A DNA stretch of 61,935 nt, filler included, from Dirinaria sp. TL-2023a (taxonomy: Eukaryota): assembly GCA_051941275.1 (NCBI GenBank). It is 15 parts of 15 records of this genome, joined end to end, with 100 filler letters (N's around TTAATTAATTAA, not from the genome) between each part and the next. Parts side by side here need not be neighbours in the genome. Positions count along the whole stretch, not along the records: positions 37,360 to 41,388 come from JAVEBF010001921.1; positions 41,489 to 45,505 come from JAVEBF010001922.1; positions 45,606 to 49,621 come from JAVEBF010001923.1; positions 49,722 to 53,729 come from JAVEBF010001924.1; 11 more parts are not named here. One strand, written 5' to 3'. The notes beneath the pieces are model-generated. The model was not told the origin of the DNA. It made no database searches and saw nothing but the letters and a program-made list of their open reading frames with translations. Positions 39,766 through 52,588 of the stretch are shown here, piece after piece. A program made the translations under genes and the position numbers. The first letter of the stretch is position 1. Each line of letters starts with the position of its first letter.

Positions 39766-40933
39766 ATGGTAAGTCTTTCTACATGGTTCTTTGTCGATGC
39801 CCGCATGGAGTAATAGTTGGATGAGTCGCTGCAAGAAGCTTCGGGCGGTATCTGAAGCGCGAATTGCTGACTCGGGATTTTGCTGCAGCCTTTCACCAAG
39901 CTGGTCAAGAATAGCGCGTACTACAGGTGAGTATGCCAGCCAGTTGAAACCCATCCTCGCTATACTCTCCCTTGCCCCTCCGCTGCTTTGTGCCTCGCGG
40001 CGTTTTCTTATATCGTACACTGCTTGGAGGGGACATCTCCGCTAATTACCCCTCTGCAGCCGCTATCAAGTCAAATACAAACGTCGCCGTCAAGGCAAAA
40101 CCGACTACTACGCCCGCAAGCGCCTCATTACCCAAGCGAAGAACAAGTACAATGCGCCCAAGTACCGCCTCGTCGTCCGTTTCACCAACCGCGACGTGAT
40201 CTGCCAAATCATCACCGCCGAACTCACCGGCGATAAGGTGTTCTGCGCCGCCTATGGCCACGAACTCAAGCGTTATGGCATCAAGCACGGTCTCACCAAT
40301 TGGGCGGCCGCTTACGCCACGGGGCTTCTTGTCGCTCGTCGTGCCCTAAGCAAACTCGACCTTGCCGATGATTTCACCGGCGTAGAAGAGCCTGACGGGG
40401 AATACAAGCTTACGGAAGCGGCCGAGGTAGACGGCGAGGAACGTCGTCCCTTCAAATGTTTCCTCGATGTTGGCCTCATCCGCACTTCCACCGGCGCCCG
40501 TGTCTTTGGCGCGATGAAGGGCGCCAGCGACGGCGGCATCTTCATCCCCCACTCCGAGAACCGCTTCCCCGGATACGACATCGAAACCAAGGAACTCGAC
40601 ACCGAGACACTCCGCAAATACATCTTCGGTGGACATGTGGCAGAGTACATGGAGACGTTGGCGGACGACGACGAGGAGCGCTACAAGAGCCAGTTCCAGG
40701 GCTACATCGACGACGAGATCGAAGCGGACGGGCTGGAGGAGATGTATCAGGAGGCGCACAAGGGGATCCGCGAGGACCCGTGGAAGAAGGATGACGAGGA
40801 GGAGGAGGGCGACAAGAAGGACAAGGACTTCTGGAAGGCCGAGAGCAAGAAGTACCGCACGCCGAAGCTGAGCAAGGAGGAGAAGAGGGAGCGGGTCAAG
40901 AAGAAGATCGAGGTTATCAAAGCGGATCTGTGA
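39766..40933 (+). CDS. RPL5: 60S ribosomal protein L5 (uL18), 3 exons (39766-39768, 39889-39926, 40060-40933)
   Basis: [59 protein letters not shown]...[14 protein letters not shown]...[15 protein letters not shown]; strong codon bias. Confidence 0.97.
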
Positions 40934-42858
40934 GAGACAAGCCTGACACCTTACTTAGCCTTCCCTTGTGGGAAATGAAGTAGAGAAATTTTGCAACAAA
41001 CTGTTTCTTATGCCTCAAAGCCGATCTCAAGTCGTTACCCAGCCCCCCACTCCCTCCGAATATGTAGCTTCACAGTTTCTATCATACTATTCCTAGTAAA
41101 ACGAGAGGGCCCGAGATATATACCTACCTTACCTTACCTTATCCATGACCTAACAACGAATCCCCAACCAAGCCATGTAAGGTAGGTTCATCACGAATGG
41201 ATCCCATTCTGCCCCTAAACAAATCCTCCCAGAAAAAAAAAAAAGAGACATCCAAACTTTCCAATCTCTATTCCACTCAACCCCTCCTCTCTTATACTTC
41301 TTTCCCTACTCCCTACATAAATCCCCCATCCTTTGTATTTATTCAACCAAGCCAGCCAACCAGCCTCATCTTTTCCTCAGTCCCGCAANNNNNNNNNNNN
41401 NNNNNNNNNNNNNNNNNNNNNNNNNNNNNNNNTTAATTAATTAANNNNNNNNNNNNNNNNNNNNNNNNNNNNNNNNNNNNNNNNNNNNTATATGGGGGGG
41501 GGATTTGGCCGGCGCGGAAGGACGAGAAGCACACTATCTTTGACACAAAGCCCAAAGGCTGCACAGGCGAAGGGCAAGCAGGACCGTCTCGGCAGACTGG
41601 GGGACCACATCATCTGCGAATTCACAGGCTTGAGAGAACTACCTAGTTAATTTCTGATGGGCTCAGTAGTAAGGTAGTGGTGGGCCTGCCAACGGGCCCT
41701 ACCAGAGGCGAAGTTCCCCCTGGTTTGTGACATCGATGATTTGACCCGGGAGAGGGAAAAGCCCGGGTCAGCAGCTCCTCCACATGATGGCTTCGGTAAA
41801 CCTCGTTTGACGAATGGCGGGTGGTGAAGCAAGTCATAGACCGGGGGGTTCAGAAGGGGGGAGGCCCGGAGGGGCTGATGTGCCTTTTCTGACTGGGCGA
41901 GTAAGATCTGGAAAATCAATAGCTGCGGATCGTGTGGAAGTCGCCTGATTTAGAGGCAACGTATTCTAGAATCCAGCGATGATTGATCCTCCAGGCCAGT
42001 CATAGCGACATGATTCTGGGCTCTGACTGGACCATACCATCCCCATAGTCACTCTGATGAGCCCGCAAGGGATACTTTGGCTGCCCGAATGGAGTAGACT
42101 CGTCTCGATATCGTCCCAAATCGCCAAATCGCCAAACGACATTGAGATTGAGGCTTGAATCCTTCCGCTAGCCGCATTGGGAAAGATGAAGTCCAGCCAC
42201 ATGGCGCTAGCGCATAACCTTATATGTCCTTAGCGTATGTACTATTTCGTGCTGGTTTGCTTTTTTCAGGCAAAGCGAAAGGGTTTTAGGGCAAGCAAGG
42301 CCTTACGAGTTACGAATTACGATCCCTCCACATCCGGAAATAATAAGATACAGCAATACATGTACCTTTGAGCCTCTACCATGCGGCTATCTACCGACGA
42401 CAGCATGAGAGCATCCTTTCTTTATTATTGGCATGTCAACACACCCAGATACCAACAGAAAGGCTGCGGGTGATGGAAGCCCGCCCAGTGTTGTCGTGAT
42501 GCCTTATGTAAGAACGTCCGTGAATGGGTGATGTGATAAGACCTGCTTGAACCGTGGTAATTACACTTGCACATGTGAGACCTTCAGGCTTATCTTAGCG
42601 TAAGCGAGCTTCTTCACCTTTTTATATTTGCATTGAATCCGTCTATCCTTCATCATCCATCATTTTCTCTTTGTGCCGCTGTACCAGCATCATTGGTGTT
42701 GGATTTTAGTATCAGTCAAGAACTCCTCTACTGCATCTTCTTGGCTCGAGCATGGCCATCAGTCATTAGCTGTTGCGAGGTCTGTAGCGAGAGGAAGGTG
42801 AGCACTGCAGGCTCTTTGCATTTGCCTAGTACTGCTCTCTTACAGCGACTGCGTCACG

Positions 42859-44325
42859 ATGAGCACAGGCGCTGCTGCAGACGACAGAAATATGGTACGG
42901 CTTGACACTCTACCCTCTGAAATACTACATTGCATTATTTCAAAGATTAAATACCAAAGCCGCCATGCACTCGCACTACCAACGACAGGATTCCAAAGAA
43001 GACAGATCAAGCGGTTAAGGGAGAAAAGCATGATTACGCTGTCCCGACTATGTCTTGTGTCAAAATGCCTCCAACAATATGCCGAATCACATCTTTATGA
43101 AGCTTGGCAGTCGAGGAGCTGCCAGCAAGTCGATGAAGAATGGGATGACTTGGACCAACGATCGCTACATAGATTTCTTCTGACGATCATACTTCGGCCA
43201 CGGCTTGCCAAGCACGTCAAATACATTGAAGCCATTCACTGGCGCATCCGAGAAACTCCCGGTGATGATAATCTATTCATGGGCCCGGAATGGCAGCTCT
43301 TCATAGATACTGCCGTGGAAGTCGGCCTTGCCGGTCACGAAAGCTGGTCGTGTACACTCAAGGCAGGATCGGCAGACCCCTTGATCGCACTTTTACTCAC
43401 CCAAGTACCTAATCTGCAAGAGCTTTCCTTGGTCGTGCCGCGTGGTTCTCGATGGCCACGAAGAGTACTAGCTCTATATACTGCACAATCTCCAGATTGG
43501 ATCAACTACAGCTTCGACCATCTGAGAAAAGTAAGCTATTGCGGAGCATTGAAGCTTCTTGACTTCGATCAGGTCGTGCCGTGTTTCTTCTTACCATCTG
43601 TGGAGACCATCCTCCTGGATCGCTGTGAAGATAAATGGACATGGGACAATCTCGATCACAATCGAAAACGCATCTACTACCCATTCCCAAAGCACGGCTC
43701 GAAAATTACAACTCTGAAGCTGGAACGCAGTCTTTTCAAGCCAAACATTGTAAAAGGAATAGTGCGGTCTTGCCCAGCTCTTAGGTCATTCGCTTTTTCG
43801 CTTCATCACCAACAACGCTTGGACCTTGAGAAGTCTCTTGCCATCGCAGACCCGCCTAAAATACTGGAGGCAATAAGCTCTGCGCAGAACAATTTGGTCG
43901 AGCTGAAATTGGGCATCTCATGCTTTTTCTATTATCACTGGCTGCTTAAGACGCAGCAACGGCCACTCATTCGTCCAGTGGGATCTTTACGTGCTTTCAG
44001 CAAACTATCCACTCTTGACATATCATTCGTCATGCTTTTGGGGAGTCAGCAGGACTCTGCCCCCACGCTCGTCAGCGTTCTGCCACCAGCACTCAAAGTG
44101 CTTAAGCTGAGAACCGACGATTTGGCACATTGGTACTGGGATCCGGCAAATTTGTTCCCACACTTGATGGCCCTAGCTATGGATGCGCCAACTCATCTCC
44201 CACTGTTAGAGAATATCGGCCTGGACCATTTCAGCATGCCAAATATTGGGAATTGGTCGAGGCTTCAGAAGAGTGACTTGAGAAAGGCTTTCGGCAAAGC
44301 GAGAATCAAGACAGTATTTTTGTAA
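42859..44325 (+). CDS. F-box / LRR-like protein (start may be the MVRL ATG ~33 nt downstream)
   Basis: 488-aa ORF; F-box-like LDTLPSEILHCII, LSRLCLVSK...AESHLY, FLLTIILRPRLAKHVK, followed by LRR-like LQELSL/LKL/LRSF segments. Confidence 0.8.
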   Translation: MSTGAAADDRNMVRLDTLPSEILHCIISKIKYQSRHALALPTTGFQRRQIKRLREKSMITLSRLCLVSKCLQQYAESHLYEAWQSRSCQQVDEEWDDLDQRSLHRFLLTIILRPRLAKHVKYIEAIHWRIRETPGDDNLFMGPEWQLFIDTAVEVGLAGHESWSCTLKAGSADPLIALLLTQVPNLQELSLVVPRGSRWPRRVLALYTAQSPDWINYSFDHLRKVSYCGALKLLDFDQVVPCFFLPSVETILLDRCEDKWTWDNLDHNRKRIYYPFPKHGSKITTLKLERSLFKPNIVKGIVRSCPALRSFAFSLHHQQRLDLEKSLAIADPPKILEAISSAQNNLVELKLGISCFFYYHWLLKTQQRPLIRPVGSLRAFSKLSTLDISFVMLLGSQQDSAPTLVSVLPPALKVLKLRTDDLAHWYWDPANLFPHLMALAMDAPTHLPLLENIGLDHFSMPNIGNWSRLQKSDLRKAFGKARIKTVFL

Positions 44326-44497
44326 GACTGCTCGTCTCGGAAGGCTACGTTCACGAGATGCAGCAGCACTGGAGGAGCGACAGCAGAAGATAGGCTAAGC
44401 AAACGCAACAATGCATCAAAAGCGTGAAGCGCATCTGTTCAATTTCTTCCAGCACCCCGAGATTACGCGCGAACAAACGAATATGATTGTTCTACTC

Positions 44498-45192
44498 CTA
44501 TAAACTTAGGAAGTCAAGCTTCCTCACCACATCATCCGCATCGCCTTCGGCTTGAACCTTCTCCCGCTCATCAGCCTCGAGGGTGCTCTCCAGGATTTTT
44601 TTCGGGCTCGATACATCATCCCCTTCTACACCCACAATCTGCAGCCTTCCATTCGCCTTCATCAATCTAAAGCTTTCGCCAACCTTCTTCATAACCTCCC
44701 CTACAGCCGCACCCTCCATTTCCTTCTTCACCCTCCCAAAATTCTCCTTCACATACCGCTGATACTCACTCAACCCCCCTGCTTCATCCCCTCCAGCTCC
44801 CGCTTTTACTTTCCTCGGCGCCGGCTGCATCTGCACCAACTTACTCTTGCAAGCGCCACACGTATGTCTCTTGGGATCGATGGATTTCGAATGCCGCTTG
44901 AACGTCAGCCCGCACAGGTCGTTCGTGCAGGCCCAGATGTACTTGTACGCGATGGCGTAGGTGTGGGTGGTCGTGACCTGGATGCCGAGATGGGAGAAGA
45001 GGGAGGTGGTTTTGGCGGCCCAGGATTTGAACTCGCGGCCGTGCGGGTTGTTTTTCACATTGCTGAGCATGAAGGTGCAGAGGTGGCAGTACTCGTGAGC
45101 GAGGACGTTGCGGAGCCGGTCTTTTTTTCTCCCCATAAGATATCCCTTGTTGTTAGCTTCCTCCAAAATACAATCCAAAATGGATAAACGAA

Positions 45193-45223
<31 letters not shown>

Positions 45224-45505
45224 AGGGCTTTACTACACTAACCTTCATCATCAATGACCTTCTCCGCCAACTCGATAGATGCATGGTGCCGATACGTCGT
45301 GATCGCGGAGCCGTTCCCATCATCATCATCATCATCATCATCACCATCCGCACTCTTCAGACCGCGCAAAGCCTCACGTTTCCAATTCGCCCTCCCAGCC
45401 GTGGAATTCAGTTTCCTGCTCCAAACAATTTTAATCCCTCCGCCCGAGGCCGCCACAGCCGCCACCCCCCCCTGCGCAACTTCCCGATCCAACAAGCCCA
45501 AAAAC
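44498..45505 (-). CDS. SprT-like metalloprotease with Zn ribbon and HMG-like tail (GCNA/Spartan-related), 5' truncated; intron 45242-45121
   Basis: IVWSRKLNSTAGRA; HASIELAEKVIDDE|DRLRNVLAHEYCH (HExxH); HGREFK.W; YIWAC...C....RHSKSID...TCGAC; YQRYVKENF..VKKE. The intron holds a (GA)n tract and an exon has a (GAT)n poly-Asp run. Confidence 0.88.
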
Positions 45506-46793
45506 NNNNNNNNNNNNNNNNNNNNNNNNNNNNNNNNNNNNNNNNNNNNTTAATTAATTAANNNNNNNNNNNNNNNNNNNNNNNNNNNNNNNNNNNNNNN
45601 NNNNNTTTCGAGTTTATGTTTCAAAGCTATACAAAATTATACTTGGGCAAGGAGTAGTCTGCAGAAAGAGGGCCGTATTTGCCTTTCCGGTTTGAAAAAT
45701 TCCTTCATATGCACACCTCGCTCAACTTAAATCCGTTGAGTGGCGACTTTAGCTCACCGCGCACGGGAATGTGCTCAAACGCTAAGATTTCTCACCTTTT
45801 TTGCTTCTCCTCTGGTGTAGTATACTAAATTACTCGACCCTTTCATTCTTTGTAAGCTTTTCCTGTCGACTTCTTTAGGCCCCTGAAGATATCTACGAAT
45901 TTATTTGCTTAAGTCCTGAGCTGAGGACGCAACTATATCATGAATATTTTTCGAATCTTGTCTTAGTTCAACTCGTATAATATAATTGTGTGCCTAGCAG
46001 ACAACGCGAAGAATGCCTATTAACATTCCACGTTTCAAAACTTCACTGTTGGACCACTATGGCTCACCTAAACCGATGCGCCTACCCCTTCTCCTGTCAT
46101 CATAAGCTGGGACCAAATACGCAGCTCCTTCTCCGAGATTCCAATGGGGGAGGATATTGGAATCTTGCCCTAACTTTGATAAAGTGTACGCTCGAACCGT
46201 GTTTAAGGATTTCAGGAATTTCAGTCATTCATGTCTCAACGGTACAGTTGGAAAGTACCCTACGCAACGTTGCCATTTGGAATCGCGTCCGACAATATCT
46301 TAGCATGTAAGAAAATGTCACAGGGCATTCAACTATCGAAGGGCCTGTTCCATTATCTCCAGTAGTAAGAAGAATGAGATGGTCGCATTTGTCGAGGGAG
46401 GGACTGATCAATTCAACCCCATCTTCAACGAAGATAAAGCGTACTGACTCCAAGAAGACAAGAACCATGTGCTCATACTATCGTCAGTAAAAGCTGTCTT
46501 AGAAGACATAGCAAAACTAAGACTAGACGAGGCAGCTGTTCGACTTCAATGATCAAACTATGCTCAGAAGTGAAAAGTCTTTCTTTGTTTAACTTGAAGA
46601 CTTTCTTCCCGGTTAAGTTATAAGTCTTCTTTCTTACATGTTCAATTATTGCACGTACAATATAGGTGAAATCCGATTACTTCCAAACTTATCATATGAA
46701 TAGTGTTAGCGTTTTGTCTTAACGACTAGAAGACAATTGTTTCTACGAGCTTCTGGGGAGTTGTACGAATCGGAAGAAAATGGACGGAATCTT

Positions 46794-47226
46794 TGAGCTC
46801 GGACTCTCTTCTCTCACTCACTCCTGTGATCAGTTCTGGAGTTCGAGTTCGAATTCTCTTGTCTCACTGACTTCTATGATTAGTTTCGGATTTCGAGTTC
46901 GGATCTTCTTGTCTCACTGACTTTCATGATTAGTTTCGAATTTCGAGTTCGAATCATCTTCTCTCACTGACTTCTATGATTAGTTTCGGGGCTTAAGTTC
47001 GAATCCTCTACTCTCGCTCACTACTATGCCGAGTTCTAGAGCCCAAGTTCGAGCTCGAATCTTTCGCTCAGTCCCATGATTAGCTCTGGAGTCCGAGTTC
47101 GAATTCTCTACTCTCGCTCTTTCTTATGATTAGTTCCGGAGTAGTACTTCGAGCCCTCTTCTCTCGCCCACTCTGCTGATTAGCTCCGGAGTCCAACTTC
47201 GAAGCATCTTCTCTCACTCATTCTGC
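46794..47226. repeat. Minisatellite, 50-bp period, ~9 diverged copies
   Basis: The CTCTCRCTSA-like core recurs exactly every 50 nt (46811, 46861, 46911, 46961, 47011, 47061, 47111, 47161, 47211); consensus approx. CGAGTTCGAATYCTCTTCTCTCACTSACTTCTATGATTAGTTYCGGAGTY. Confidence 0.9.
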
Positions 47227-49797
47227 AAAATCGCTCTTGTTGATCTGATTTGAAACAAAGAGGGTAATGTAGCTATCGTTGCTGTCTCTTCTTACATTCT
47301 TACATTAGAAATCGAAAATATTGAGTGGTATGGCTTCGATAGAATCAAAGACTAGAAGGTAACAGATGACTATTTCTTGGTATCTTTTGGGTTCGGAAGG
47401 TGATCTACCATCACCTAGTTCATAAAAAGGCTTATCCGGGGGGTTTTACAGCAGATGGAAAGATTCGTGGGTCCCCGTCAGACCAGAATCGTCCAGCTAA
47501 CTATTGAAGAGGAAAGTGAGAGTGCGAGGTTACTTCCAAAGGATATGATCTACTTGCAGACTTCTGAACAGGCGTTGGTTTCAGAAGAGATCTACGATCC
47601 AATGTAGGTGAGCCGCAACGGACTAACCCCCGAGTCAAGAATTATTCATGGCTGAGCACTCGAGATTCTTTACTAATTACAGGAATCTACTTTTTAATGC
47701 TTTCTTGAAACTTAAGAAAATATTCGACTGAGGAATCAGCATCATCGCAGATGATCCGCAAGAGCTTTAAGACTATAAGATTACTGAATTTGCACCTGAT
47801 GAGCGTTTCTTCACTGAGTTTTCGAGTTCAAGAACGTCTTTCGTCTCGGGAGAACTCAAAGTCAAAGTCTCAATCATTCACTTAAAGAAAAGGTTCAATG
47901 ATGTGAACTGAAGACAGGCTCTCGCAACCCTCGATCCATGGCTTTCAGAGCTGTTGAATAGCCGCTCTAGAGACAGCCATCAAGGAGCGAGTAGCTAGGT
48001 TGTGGTTGGAGCAGCCGAAGGACTTGCATGAGGAATATAAGATCAAAGTTCTGAAACCCGGCAAGTATATTGACTTCAAGATATTATGGAAGAGTGCGGG
48101 CTCGAATCAGGGCAAGCGTTCTTGTAGTCGCTGGAGCCTCTAAATCCAAAAGCGCAGTCCTACCCCGACAGAATATTCTAAAGATTTTTAATAATATGAC
48201 AGAATTAAAATATCCCATACACCAAAATTCTCGCTTCTCTTACTGGTTTTTACTACATATTTCATAAGCATGTGTCTTTTTTTTCCTTTTTCTTTTTTCA
48301 CACATGAAGAACGGAGCCATCGCGGCTCTGCCTTCAGGTCTCGCAGTGTTAGCCGTGGATAATGACTTCTATCATAGCACCGGAATACTTCAGCTGCATC
48401 TCATCATCGAGCCAACGGACATACTCTGCAAAATAAAAATGTGAGAAAAAAGAGCAGAAATGTCGAATAAGCACCCCTAGCTGGGTCTTCGCTAAGAAAT
48501 GGAACTCAAAGAGACCACTGTCAAAGCTCATATCTCTAGACGAAAGACTAGAACAGGCGGCACGAGACTTAGATTTTAAAGGTAAAAACCGAGATCAAAA
48601 GAACAGAAAACAGAATCAAGGAGACAATTTCTATGGGTCTGTCTAGTCATGATTATACTATGTATGCGAAGATCTGTTGTACCCAGGTTTTCAGTCAAAT
48701 CAGGATTAAGACCGCTCGCAGAGCTAAGTTGAGAGTAAGAACAGATGCTGTGCATTCTTCTTGCCGGTTCAATCAAAAGAGATGAATCATTGTGGCAAGC
48801 AGGAAGATTCTAAACCTAACGAAAGGATCAGAAGAACAGCAACAGCTAGACAGAAGTACCACCGCCACAATCACAATCATAACCCTCTCCTACACCTGCT
48901 CTTATAAAATGGCTCGTAGATGCTATCTATGTAACGAAAAGGAGGATATTCAAAAACGACAACTTCACGCGCTGTCAGTCTTTCGAATGACCGTGGGGCA
49001 TTTTTTAAGCTTCTCTTCTATTCTGAATCTGATCGATATCATATAACTAACTCGGCGCATAGAAGAGCCTCTTCAAGAAGGAGATCTTCTATCACACCGC
49101 GGCCTATCATCACTCCTGCGTCCTCTCTCTCTTATTTCGTTCTCTCGTTGAAGAACATCCTACACATCTCTTGCTACTGGTTCTATGAAAGTGGAGCTAT
49201 GCTCGTTGAAATTCAGGACTTGTTCGAGCATGGTCCGGTCCATGGTCTCTCCGGTTGGAAGTCTGAGATGCACTACAATATTGGAACCGACCACCATGCT
49301 GAGCATTTGCCAAGCGTCTTGCAAACACGTCATCGTAGATGATGGTGTACAGCTCAGCTTGACTAAGAATAGAAACCTGTTAGGCATCAAGCCGAATATA
49401 ACAGACGAGAAGAGCGATTTAAATAAGTGCGTCCGATATCTGAATTTTTCGTTCGTGTTCGCGTTCGAGTTTCGTTCGTGAATTGGGGATTTCGACGTCA
49501 TCGAAACGATTTTCGAGTCACTCGAAAGTGAACGGGCTAAAGTCTTCAAAACGTCGTTGACATGGTGGTCATGACACTTGCTTCATAAATTTTTTAATGT
49601 GGTCAAAAAGAACTAGATGCCNNNNNNNNNNNNNNNNNNNNNNNNNNNNNNNNNNNNNNNNNNNNTTAATTAATTAANNNNNNNNNNNNNNNNNNNNNNN
49701 NNNNNNNNNNNNNNNNNNNNNCCACCCCCACCCACCCAAAAAAAAGAAAAACCAAACCTCAGAAAAAACTAAAACAAATCCCACCGCGGGGCGCCAG

Positions 49798-50144
49798 GTA
49801 TCCCGGATCAAAGAGCGCGTGGAAGAAAAAGAAGGCATCCCACCGGTGCAGCAACGGCTCATCTTTGGCGGGAAGCAGATGTGCGTCTCTCTCCCCCCCT
49901 ATCCACCCATCAAGCCCTCCAACATCGGCAAAACGGGAAAAGAACTCCCTGTCTTTTTTTTTTTTTTTCCTTTTTTTTTTTTTCTTTCGTTCATTACATG
50001 ATCGGTTTTGCTAACAATCCATCACCATTATATTTCCGTTTCAACAGGGCAGACGATAAAATGGCATCAGAGTATAACCTCGAAGGAGGCGCGACGCTGC
50101 ATTTGGTCCTGGCGCTGCGAGGAGGCGGGGTTGGTTTCCTGTGA
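49798..50144 (+). CDS. NEDD8: Ubiquitin-like protein NEDD8/Rub1, last two exons (49798-49880, 50048-50144)
   Basis: [59 protein letters not shown]; the LALRGG end (Ala rather than Arg at position 72) distinguishes it from ubiquitin. Confidence 0.93.
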
Positions 50145-50713
50145 AGGAGGTTTAGGGATTTTATGTGTGCGGGGGCACAGGTTGTGGGATGCGCGTTTTA
50201 TCATAGAGGAGCGAGCATGTGGTTGTAAGATTTTCCGTGGGCGGTCACATCTAGCGGCGCCCCCTCCTCCGCCGGCGGCGGGCGAAGATCTGTGTGAGAG
50301 GCAGGGGAAAGGGGCGGGGGTTCATGAGTAGATGATTAACATGATGTGGCACGCGAATAGAGAGATGGACATTATTTGCATTACTCTAGTTTGTGATGGT
50401 GTGGACTTTGCAACTGATTTGTGGTTTTATGTTCTCCGTCATTGCGCGCTATGAAGAATGCTGTGGTATCAGAGCGAAGAGAGATTTCCTCCGATGGAAG
50501 TACACAGCTGCTATGTACTGATGGCATGGAGTTTTGGTACATGCTATACAAGACTCTGCATGTCGGATCTAGCTCCCTTTTCGCCGCAAAATCTCTGATT
50601 TTGCTTTATTCGCTTCGCCACCGCATAATGCGAACCATACAAGTAAAAATACCTCCGTGCTGGAACCCGTCCAATTTCGCGCTCAATATGATGCTGTGAG
50701 TGGGGTATATTCA

Positions 50714-51832
50714 TCAACCGGCCCTGCGACGTTTTGCGGGCATGAGGGGGTTCTCCGCCGGCCTTTTCTTGATTACAAGCGGCCTCGGCGGAGCACCAGT
50801 GCTAGATGGCAGCGGCTCGGCTGCATCGGGAGATGTGACCGCAGGTTTGGGAGCGGAAGATGAGTTGGTCTTCATCGCCAGCGCTAGAGAGGTGCTCTGA
50901 TATTGTTCCGCGAGTCGTTGCGCGGCAATCCTTTGCTTTCTCTCTTTCTCTTCTTCTGTTAAGTAGGATCCCGGAAATGCGGGTCCGCTTGCCTCACTGT
51001 CAGTTGGTGCCATTGGGAAAGCGGGTGCGGTGCGTGCGGGAGGTTGGGCGCGATCCTCCGGCTTGTCGTCCGTGGTTATCCTTGCATATTTCGTCAACAA
51101 CTTAGTCGGTCGAGACAAGTTGCTCCCTCCCGGCCTGAAAATTGCGGCTTCTCGCGCGGTCCTGCGCGCTTTGGTGATGAGATCTGCGGGAGTCCTGATT
51201 TTCGTCCTCGATCCACCTCCGAAGCGCAGCGTGTCCGTCTTGGTGATTTTCGGCGGTACTGGTTTTCGAGGATGTGGAGTGTAACCATCCGGCCTGGGCA
51301 ACTGAGGCAATTCGTCAAAGTCGATTTTTTGCAACTGCCTGTCGACTTGCGCTTGGCGGGCGCCGGATAATGTTTTGTGTAGTTGCAAGGCGTCGGCCTT
51401 GAACTGCTTTCGGTTACGTTTGAGCAGCCGTCTATAGAAGATATGCCATTTGTGGGGTTCCGTAGGGATTGGTGGATCTTCGTCGGCGTATTCGGGCACA
51501 TCGCGTCTGATGAACTTGATCCAGACTTCCGCATCATGACCAATAATCTGAGGGCAATTTTCTTCGATTTCCCTCTGTAAAATGCATTAGAATACAGAAA
51601 AGCCCTAACATGGTCATGGTAGGATGCTTACCAGCTGGTCCGGCTGCTCGATGGCTAGTAGAAGAGTCCGAATGGAACTGTTGTACGGTGCTTCGCCAAT
51701 ATCGGTGAGAGCTGTGCGATGTTAGCGTTTGCGTATACAAACCTCCCCGAAGTTGAGGGAAAGGGTTGGCATACCTTTGATGTTCTTTATACATGCCTTT
51801 GTGGTCATGTCTCGCAATGTATTTGCCGGCAT
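50714..51832 (-). CDS. ELA1: Elongin A (Pol II transcription factor SIII subunit A), 3 exons
   Basis: MPANTLRDMTTKACIKNIK|ALTDIGEAPY..IRTLLLAIEQPDQL|REIEENCPQIIGHDAEVWIKFIRRD...W...YRRL, then a low-complexity basic tail ending PAKRRRAG*. Confidence 0.85.
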
Positions 51833-51857
51833 CTCAAACGAAGGCATTGGGAATATG

Positions 51858-51910
51858 GGATCGAGAGTATGGGATCGAAAGTCTGGGATTGAAAGTGTTG
51901 GATCGAAACG
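51858..51910. repeat. 14-bp tandem repeat (GGGATCGAAAGTAT-like, ~4 copies) just upstream of the Elongin A ATG
   Basis: gggatcgagagtat gggatcgaaagtct gggattgaaagtgt tggatcgaaac read directly. Confidence 0.65.
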
Positions 51911-52588
51911 AGATGCACTTGAGACACGTAGTATTTCAATTGAGGACGTAGCTCAAAGTGTATGGGATAGAAACCAGAAGATTGGGGACACAGAGTATGT
52001 CAAGTGAGGCGGATTTCTGGAAATGTGGAGATAACTGAATGTAGGCAAGATTCTTGATATGCAGTGGGCAAGTTGGGACGTTTTGCAGATGCGCAGCACC
52101 AGTTGATGGATATGAGTGATTAAAGATTTGGGTGAGGAGGTCAAGTGTTCGTGGGTGGGAGAAGAGGGGTTTAAATAGTACCTTACTTGGTGGTCCCAAC
52201 AATAGGCTCACTAGCCCGGTAACGGGGGCTGGTGATATTGAGGAACCATTGTTCTTTCTGAGTGAATGATTCAGAGGAAATTCAGTGAATCACTGATAAG
52301 GTGCTCCGTACGGTAAGTCTGTTTTTCAAGGTTGCCTGCTTCGCCTTAACAAACCCCCTGCAGCACTAATGCTTGCTTACTTAAGGTAGGCAGTAGGCAC
52401 AGGATAATTGAGCCTTTGTCGATCTCCCGATGAAGGAGCAAACCCGAATCGATCGCGCTTAAGGTACCTAGCCTTTCCGGACACGGGCAGGGTTAAGGCA
52501 GGGTTCAGGTCCACCACAGCAAGCAGTTACCTTAACAGCTTTTCAGCTCTCACACGCATATTCCATACCTTACCGTACTTGTTGAACC

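Noticed and set aside
39769..39888. C/D-box snoRNA in RPL5 intron 1 (TGGATGA...CTGA)
   Set aside because: The boxes are only about 35 nt apart, too short, and the C box is imperfect.
40046..40871. Long antisense or alternate-frame ORFs over RPL5 (also over THOC7, IFRD, pirin and the 54808 gene)
   Set aside because: Expected by-product of GC-rich codon bias in real genes.
46794..47226. CRISPR array
   Set aside because: The whole 50-nt unit is repeated with no unique spacers, no cas genes are present, and the context is eukaryotic.
47400..49621. Transposase or other relic ORFs in the gene-poor contig
   Set aside because: Fragments are short and stop-ridden, and show no DDE, RT or tyrosine-recombinase motif that I can identify.
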